From the NCBI GenBank assembly GCA_963766735.1, contig CAVYBU010000002.1, forward strand, positions 96,001-160,000: a DNA stretch of 64,000 nt. Direction: 5' to 3'. This DNA is from an uncultured Chloroflexia bacterium (GTDB lineage Bacteria; Chloroflexota; Limnocylindria; Limnocylindrales; CSP1-4). The notes beneath the pieces were generated by a model. That model ran no database searches. It was not told the DNA's origin and saw only the letters and a list, made by a program, of their open reading frames with translations. Shown here one piece after another: positions 60,066-64,000 of the stretch. The position numbers and the translations under genes were made by a program. Every line of letters starts with the position of its first letter. Position 1 is the first letter of the stretch.

Positions 60066-61841
60066 ATGGCCCGCGTCGTGATCGATCCCGTCACGCGGGC
60101 CAGCGGCCATCTGCGCATCGAGGCGGACGTCTCGGGCGGCGCGGTGGCCGAGGCGTGGACCTCCGCCACGATGTTCCGGGACCTGGAGACGGTCCTGCGC
60201 GGACGTGACGCCCGCGACGCCTGGCTTCTCGCGGAGCGCATCTGCGGAACGTGCACCAGCGTCCACGCGCTTGCGTCCGTGCGCGCTGTGGAGAACGCCC
60301 TCGGCATCGACATCCCCACCAACGCCCGCCTGATCAGGAACATCCTGGCGTCGACCCAGCTGGTCCGGGACCACGTGCTCGGGTTCTACGTGACCCAGGG
60401 CCCGGACTGGGTCGATGCCAGGTCCGCGCTCAAGGCCGATCCGGTCGCCACTGCCCGCCTCGCGCGCGAGACCAGTTCGCGGCCGCAGTCCGGTCCCGAG
60501 CACCTCACGAGCGTCCGCGACAGGCTTGCCGCGGTCATCGACTCGGACCAGCCCGGCATGTTCGCGGGCGGCCCGTGGGGCCACCCGGCCTACCAGCTCA
60601 GCCCGGAGCAGAGCCTGCTTCTGCTGGCGCACATGCTCGAGGCGCTGGATTGGCAGCAGTCATTCATGCGGATCCACGCGCTGCTCGGCGGCAAGGATCC
60701 CCACCCGCAGACGTACGTCGTCGGCGGGATGGCGCTGGCGCCGCCCTGGGGCGGACCCAACCCGCCCCTGACCCGGGAGCACCCGATGGTCCCGGACCAC
60801 AAGGCGCCGGTCGCCCTGAGCGAGGCCGGGATCGCCATGATCGATGACCTGATCGCGAAGGGGCGGGCCTTCGTCGAGCAGGTGTTCGTGCCCGACGTGC
60901 GCCTCCTCACTGCGGCCTACCCGGAGTGGGGCGCGCTGGGCGCCAGTTCGGGCGACTACCTGTCCTGGGGTGACTATCCCCTAGGGGACGGCAAGGATCC
61001 AGCTCTGTTCCTTCCGCGCGGGCGTGTCTCGGGCGGCAACATCAACCTTGGGCTGGAGGCCGAACCGGACCGCGTGGCCGAGACCGTGACGCACGCCTGG
61101 TACACCTACACGGGCGGTGACGCGGCGCTCCTTCGACCGTCCGAGGGCGAGACCGTGCCCGCGTGGTCCGGGCCCCCTCTGCCTCTGGAGACCCTCGACG
61201 GCGCGGCCAAGTACTCGTGGGTCAAGGCCGCACGCTACGACGGCAAGCCCGTCGAGACGGGGCCCCTCGCCCGCACGCTCGTCGGGATCGCGAACGGCCA
61301 GTCGGAGATACGTGAGGGGCTGGCCATGCTGCTCGAGGAGACAGGCCTCGACGTCGAGGTCATGCCGAGCGTCCTGGGGCGGATGCTTGCCCGGGCGCTC
61401 GAGGCCCAGGTCCTGGCCCGCCAGGCAGCCACCTGTCTCTCGGAGCTCAAATCGAACCTCGCCACGGGCGACGTCGCGGTAGCGGACCTGTCGTTCTGGG
61501 AGCAGGGGTCCTGGCCCTCAGAGGCCGAGGGCCGCTCCATCGGCGAGGGGCCGAGGGGAGCCGTTGGCCACTGGGTGCGCATCCGTGACGGCCTGATCGA
61601 CGCCTACCAGGTGGTGGACGGGAGCACCTGGAACACCTCGCCGCGAGACGCGATGGGCGGCCGCGGCCCCATCGAGACCGCCCTTGTCGGCACGCCGGTC
61701 GCCGACCCGTCCCGCCCCCTGGAGATCCAGCGCGTCGTGCATTCGTTCGCGCCGTGCGCCGGCTGCGCCGCCCACCTGTTCGATCCGCGGGCGGTCGGCC
61801 CGCTCGAGATCCGCGTCCGCGCGGGGGAGAGGACCCGATGA
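60066..61841 (+). CDS. [NiFe]-hydrogenase large-subunit homolog with atypical active-site residues
   Basis: L1 RICGTCTSVH, PRG, L2 HSFAPCAGCAAH plus C-terminal extension. Confidence 0.9.
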   Translation: MARVVIDPVTRASGHLRIEADVSGGAVAEAWTSATMFRDLETVLRGRDARDAWLLAERICGTCTSVHALASVRAVENALGIDIPTNARLIRNILASTQLVRDHVLGFYVTQGPDWVDARSALKADPVATARLARETSSRPQSGPEHLTSVRDRLAAVIDSDQPGMFAGGPWGHPAYQLSPEQSLLLLAHMLEALDWQQSFMRIHALLGGKDPHPQTYVVGGMALAPPWGGPNPPLTREHPMVPDHKAPVALSEAGIAMIDDLIAKGRAFVEQVFVPDVRLLTAAYPEWGALGASSGDYLSWGDYPLGDGKDPALFLPRGRVSGGNINLGLEAEPDRVAETVTHAWYTYTGGDAALLRPSEGETVPAWSGPPLPLETLDGAAKYSWVKAARYDGKPVETGPLARTLVGIANGQSEIREGLAMLLEETGLDVEVMPSVLGRMLARALEAQVLARQAATCLSELKSNLATGDVAVADLSFWEQGSWPSEAEGRSIGEGPRGAVGHWVRIRDGLIDAYQVVDGSTWNTSPRDAMGGRGPIETALVGTPVADPSRPLEIQRVVHSFAPCAGCAAHLFDPRAVGPLEIRVRAGERTR

Positions 61842-62647
61842 CCGCCACCCCGAACACCCTGCGGGGGACGACGGCCCCCGTCGATGTCCCGGCCCCGGCC
61901 GACCCGGAGGCTGCGCCTGGCGCTCCGGCACAGGCGGCCCACGAGATCGACCGGCCGCACGAGCGCGTCCGCCTCTACATCTGGCAGGTGCCGGTGCGGG
62001 TGACGCACTGGGTGACCGCCGCCTGCATCGTCATCCTGAGCGTCACCGGGCTGTACATCGCGGACCCGTTCCTGGTCCCGCCCGGCGGATCGGTGATGTC
62101 GACGATCCGGCTGCTCCACATCCTGACCGCGCTCCTCTTCCTTGTCTCGGGGATCATCCGCACCTGGTGGCTGCTGGCCGGGAACCGGTTCTCCCGATGG
62201 TCCGCATTCATCCCTACCTCCAAGTTCCAGGCAACCGAGCTGTTCCGCCAGGCGGGCTTCTACGGGTTCGTCCGCAAGGAGATCCCCAAGGTGCTCGGCC
62301 ACAACCAGCTGGCCGCGACCGCGTACCTCGTGCTGTTCGCGCTGCTGCTCGTGGAGACGGTCACCGGCTTCGCTCTCGACGGGCTCATGGGCACCGAGCC
62401 TGGCGCCACGCTCTTCGGCTGGATGCGCGAGCTGTTCGGCCCGCAGATGCTGCGCCTCGTCCACCACCTCGCCATGTACGCGATCCTCGCAATCGCGCTG
62501 TTCCACATCTACAGCTGCATCCTGGTCGACCACATCGAGAGCAACGGGCTGATCTCCAGCATCGTGACGGGCTCCAAGTTCCCGACCCGCGAGGAGATCG
62601 TGGAGTCCCGCGACGGCGGCCCCGAGATGCTGGAGAGGGCGGAATGA
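61838..62647 (+). CDS. Ni/Fe-hydrogenase b-type cytochrome subunit
   Basis: VRVTHW, RLLH, GHN, RLVHH, FHIY haem-ligand histidines; 4 TM. Confidence 0.92.
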   Translation: MTATPNTLRGTTAPVDVPAPADPEAAPGAPAQAAHEIDRPHERVRLYIWQVPVRVTHWVTAACIVILSVTGLYIADPFLVPPGGSVMSTIRLLHILTALLFLVSGIIRTWWLLAGNRFSRWSAFIPTSKFQATELFRQAGFYGFVRKEIPKVLGHNQLAATAYLVLFALLLVETVTGFALDGLMGTEPGATLFGWMRELFGPQMLRLVHHLAMYAILAIALFHIYSCILVDHIESNGLISSIVTGSKFPTREEIVESRDGGPEMLERAE

Positions 62648-63186
62648 TCGCAACGGGCCCGGCCGTCGTTCTCGGGGTGGGCAACGTGCTGCTCCGCGAC
62701 GACGGCGTCGGTGTGCGCGTGGTCCAGGAGCTCGCCCGGCTGACGGCGGACGACCCGCGCGCGGTGCCCAGCGGCACGCACCTGGTGGATGGCGGGACTC
62801 TCGGCCTGGACCTCCTCCAGGCCGTGCGCGGCGCTCGCTCGCTGCTGCTCGTCGATGCGGTGAACCTGGGCCGGGCGCCCGGCACCGTCAGCGTCCTGCG
62901 TGGGCAGGCGATCACCGCGTCCTGCGTGGGCGGGGCGATCCCCGGCGGCGTGGGCGAGCTGCTGGGCATGGGTCGGCTGATGGGATGGCTGCCGGATCAC
63001 GTGACCCTCCTCGGCATCGAGGCGGGCGACACCGGGACGGGGGTCGGCCTCTCGGCCTGCGTTGAGGCGGCCGTCCCGACTGCCGTGGAGATGGCTCGCG
63101 TGGAGCTCCGCGCGCTCGACGAGCTCGCACCGGCTGGGAGGTCGGAGGCGCCGGCGGTCCGGCTGAAGGAAGGGGCGGCGGCATGA
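62644..63186 (+). CDS. Hydrogenase maturation protease homolog
   Basis: GVGNVLLRDDGVG, VDGGT, VDAV; conserved His absent. Confidence 0.87.
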   Translation: MIATGPAVVLGVGNVLLRDDGVGVRVVQELARLTADDPRAVPSGTHLVDGGTLGLDLLQAVRGARSLLLVDAVNLGRAPGTVSVLRGQAITASCVGGAIPGGVGELLGMGRLMGWLPDHVTLLGIEAGDTGTGVGLSACVEAAVPTAVEMARVELRALDELAPAGRSEAPAVRLKEGAAA

Positions 63187-63905
63187 GACGCAGGCTTGAC
63201 AGGACGCTGCGCCTGCTCATCGCGATGAACCTGATCGTGGTCGCCCTGCTCGCGTTGACCATGGTCGCGGGCTGGATGAAGGTCCTGCCGTCGGTCGGCG
63301 GCCCAACGCCGGCCACCTCCGACGCGCCGGCGGCCACCCCGGAACAGATGGAGATGGGCCTCGCCCATATCCCGACGTCCAGCAGCTGCCTGCTCTGCCA
63401 CGAGGCGGGTGGCGCCAGCGGGGTCAAGGTCATCCCGGCCATTGGCCACCCGCTGGAGGGCTGGGGGGCCTGCCTGACCTGCCACACGGACGACAAGCTC
63501 GGCCGCAACGCACCCGGTCACAAGGACATTGCCCAGACCGAGTGTGTCAACTGCCACAAGGTGGCCCAGGAGGGCCCGTCGATCACCCAGGCCCACGCAG
63601 ATCTGCACGAAGCGTGCTTTGACTGCCACGGCTCCGTGGCGCACCTCCCGTCCAGCATGGTTGGGCGCAACCAGGACGAGTGCTGGCTCTGCCACAAGCC
63701 GAACCCGGCCCCGCCGCCCACGAGACCGCATCCGGAGCCTGGGCAGCTGACATGCCGCGCCTGCCACCAGGCAGCAGACGCTGGCGCCTTGCCGATCGAT
63801 CATGCGCTGCGGGCGGACTCGAGCTGCCTGCTCTGCCACAACATCCGGGCGACGTCGGTCGAGAGCTCGTCCGAGGTCCCGTCCGCGAGCCCGTCCGGGG
63901 GCTGA
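63183..63905 (+). CDS. Membrane-anchored heptahaem cytochrome c
   Basis: N-terminal TM; seven CxxCH motifs (CLLCH, CLTCH, CVNCH, CFDCH, CWLCH, CRACH, CLLCH). Confidence 0.9.
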   Translation: MRRRLDRTLRLLIAMNLIVVALLALTMVAGWMKVLPSVGGPTPATSDAPAATPEQMEMGLAHIPTSSSCLLCHEAGGASGVKVIPAIGHPLEGWGACLTCHTDDKLGRNAPGHKDIAQTECVNCHKVAQEGPSITQAHADLHEACFDCHGSVAHLPSSMVGRNQDECWLCHKPNPAPPPTRPHPEPGQLTCRACHQAADAGALPIDHALRADSSCLLCHNIRATSVESSSEVPSASPSGG

Positions 63906-64000
63906 TCGGGTCCATCCTGCGCTCTCGCCGTTGGCCCCGGGCGCTGGACCCGACCGGTCGTCCGCGGATGGGCGATCATGGGGGCATGCAGAACATGCTC

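Noticed and set aside
61740-61780. Selenocysteine ([NiFeSe]) hydrogenase
   Set aside because: Both L2 ligands are TGC cysteine codons; there is no in-frame TGA.
1-64000. Numerous long overlapping Arg/Pro/Ala-rich ORFs in the six-frame track
   Set aside because: Expected shadow frames in very high-GC DNA; they overlap well-supported genes and lack motifs.

Overview
Very GC-rich chromosomal segment of a free-living bacterium. Gene content (sortase, PspA, split acyl-CoA mutase, group-1-type [NiFe]-hydrogenase) suggests Chloroflexota or a similar monoderm; that is an inference. About 60 CDS and three tRNAs (Glu-CTC, Arg-TCT, Lys-CTT). No rRNA, CRISPR, transposase or integrase was seen. Main blocks: 2-oxoacid dehydrogenase E2-lipA; an 8-gene ABC/MoxR/DUF58/VWA envelope operon; DUF1611 plus epimerase; TPM plus PspA; an orphan amino-type DNA methyltransferase; an ECF sigma with an Ogt-Ada(Zn) partner; isobutyryl-CoA-mutase-type icmA, icmB, meaB, hbd and thiolase; and a membrane hydrogenase-like operon with a heptahaem cytochrome c. 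The strongest novelty candidate is the hydrogenase-like operon. It keeps the four Ni/Fe cysteines and the electron wire but has changed several near-invariant residues (RIEGH to RASGH, DPC to APC, proximal CxxC to CxxN, protease His missing). The second candidate is the ECF sigma/Ogt-Ada pair, a possible AraC-free alkylation-sensing switch. Several single-base frameshifts look like assembly errors, so frameshift-based claims need checking against reads.
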